Source: a candidate division WOR-3 bacterium
GTDB lineage: Bacteria; Hydrothermota; Tepidihabitantia; Tepidihabitantales; Tepidihabitantaceae
Length of the DNA stretch: 64,000 nucleotides
Reading direction: 5' to 3'
Assembly (NCBI GenBank): GCA_965649205.1
Contig: CBFGJV010000005.1
Location: forward strand, 12,506-76,505
The translations under genes were made by a program, and so were the position numbers. Positions 63,631-64,000 of this stretch are shown here, piece by piece (position 1 is the stretch's first letter; each line of letters begins with the position of its first letter). A model generated the notes under the pieces. That model saw only the letters and a list, made by a program, of their open reading frames with translations, ran no database searches and had not been told where the DNA came from.

Positions 63631-64000
63631 ATCTGGTGGTGTGCGGAGTAGGCGGGCAGGGAGCGGTGCTGTTTTCCGAGCTTCTTTCGCAGGTGGCACT
63701 GGCAGCAGGGCTGGATGTGAAAAAGAGCGAGGTGCACGGAATGGCGCAGCGGGGCGGAAGCATCACCACCCATGTGCGGTTTTCCTCCAAGGTGTATTCT
63801 CCTCTGGTGGATCAGGGAACGGCAGATTTTCTGGTTGCCTTCGAGAAACTGGAAGCGGTGCGTTATGTGCATTATCTGGCTGAGGAAGGACAGTTGCTCT
63901 ACGACACTCGTCGACTGGACCCTCTGCCAGTACAGTTGGGATTAGTGGAGCGTCCGACAGATGCCTGGCTGGACGAGCGTCTGGCTGCAAGAGCGCGCAG
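63627..64000 (+). CDS. iorB: Indolepyruvate:ferredoxin oxidoreductase subunit beta (5' part, runs off the right edge)
   Basis: ATG 63627 overlaps the iorA TGA (ATGA). Hand translation gives MNLVVCGVGGQGAVLFSELL...KKSEVHGMAQRGGSITTHVRFS..., the pyruvate/ketoisovalerate oxidoreductase gamma-type motif. It is open to the window end. Confidence 0.85.
   Translation, partial: MNLVVCGVGGQGAVLFSELLSQVALAAGLDVKKSEVHGMAQRGGSITTHVRFSSKVYSPLVDQGTADFLVAFEKLEAVRYVHYLAEEGQLLYDTRRLDPLPVQLGLVERPTDAWLDERLAARAR

Noticed and set aside
1-64000. Mobile elements, prophage, defence islands, toxin-antitoxin pairs
   Set aside because: I found no transposase, integrase, recombinase, reverse-transcriptase, restriction or cas-like translations in any frame of the ORF track. 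I noticed no flanking inverted or direct repeats, and no tRNA integration site. The window reads as core chromosome plus secretome genes.

Overview
This 64-kb window is a chromosomal segment from a moderately GC-rich diderm bacterium. Lnt, a TonB-dependent receptor and several outer-membrane barrels support the diderm call. The gene content and the many secreted proteins ending in T9SS/FlgD-Ig-type C-terminal domains (CTDs) suggest an uncultivated FCB-superphylum-like lineage, but that is inference only. I count about 45 protein genes plus one RNase P RNA gene. I saw no tRNA or rRNA genes, no CRISPR array, and no transposase, integrase or phage genes.

Housekeeping genes are uvrB, tsaD, purN, lnt, rfbD, alr, nnr, trxA, arcC and buk-iorAB. 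They are interspersed with large exported proteins: an S8 subtilase, a C11 clostripain-like peptidase, a YVTN beta-propeller protein, and a 1,494-aa BNR/CARDB/Kelch protein.

Points worth a second look:
1. A TonB-dependent receptor locus (17.7-27.9 kb) ends in a PorV-like barrel directly followed by a CTD-bearing clan-CD cysteine peptidase. This may be a PorV/PorU-like pair.
2. At nine transcription-unit heads, a sigma70-like -10 box sits 5-8 nt from the start codon, suggesting leaderless mRNAs.
3. A ~430-nt strongly G-skewed, degenerately repetitive intergenic block lies downstream of a DUF362-tldD-pmbA operon.
4. A tightly packed arcC / exported-unknown / orphan hypC unit.
5. Tandem EIIA(Ntr)-fused permease paralogs flank a Usp gene.
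6. A 127-aa protein carries beta-carbonic-anhydrase-like zinc motifs.
7. The RNase P RNA has a ~110-nt expansion at the P12 position.

All functional calls come from reading motifs in the translated ORFs. No database search was run.
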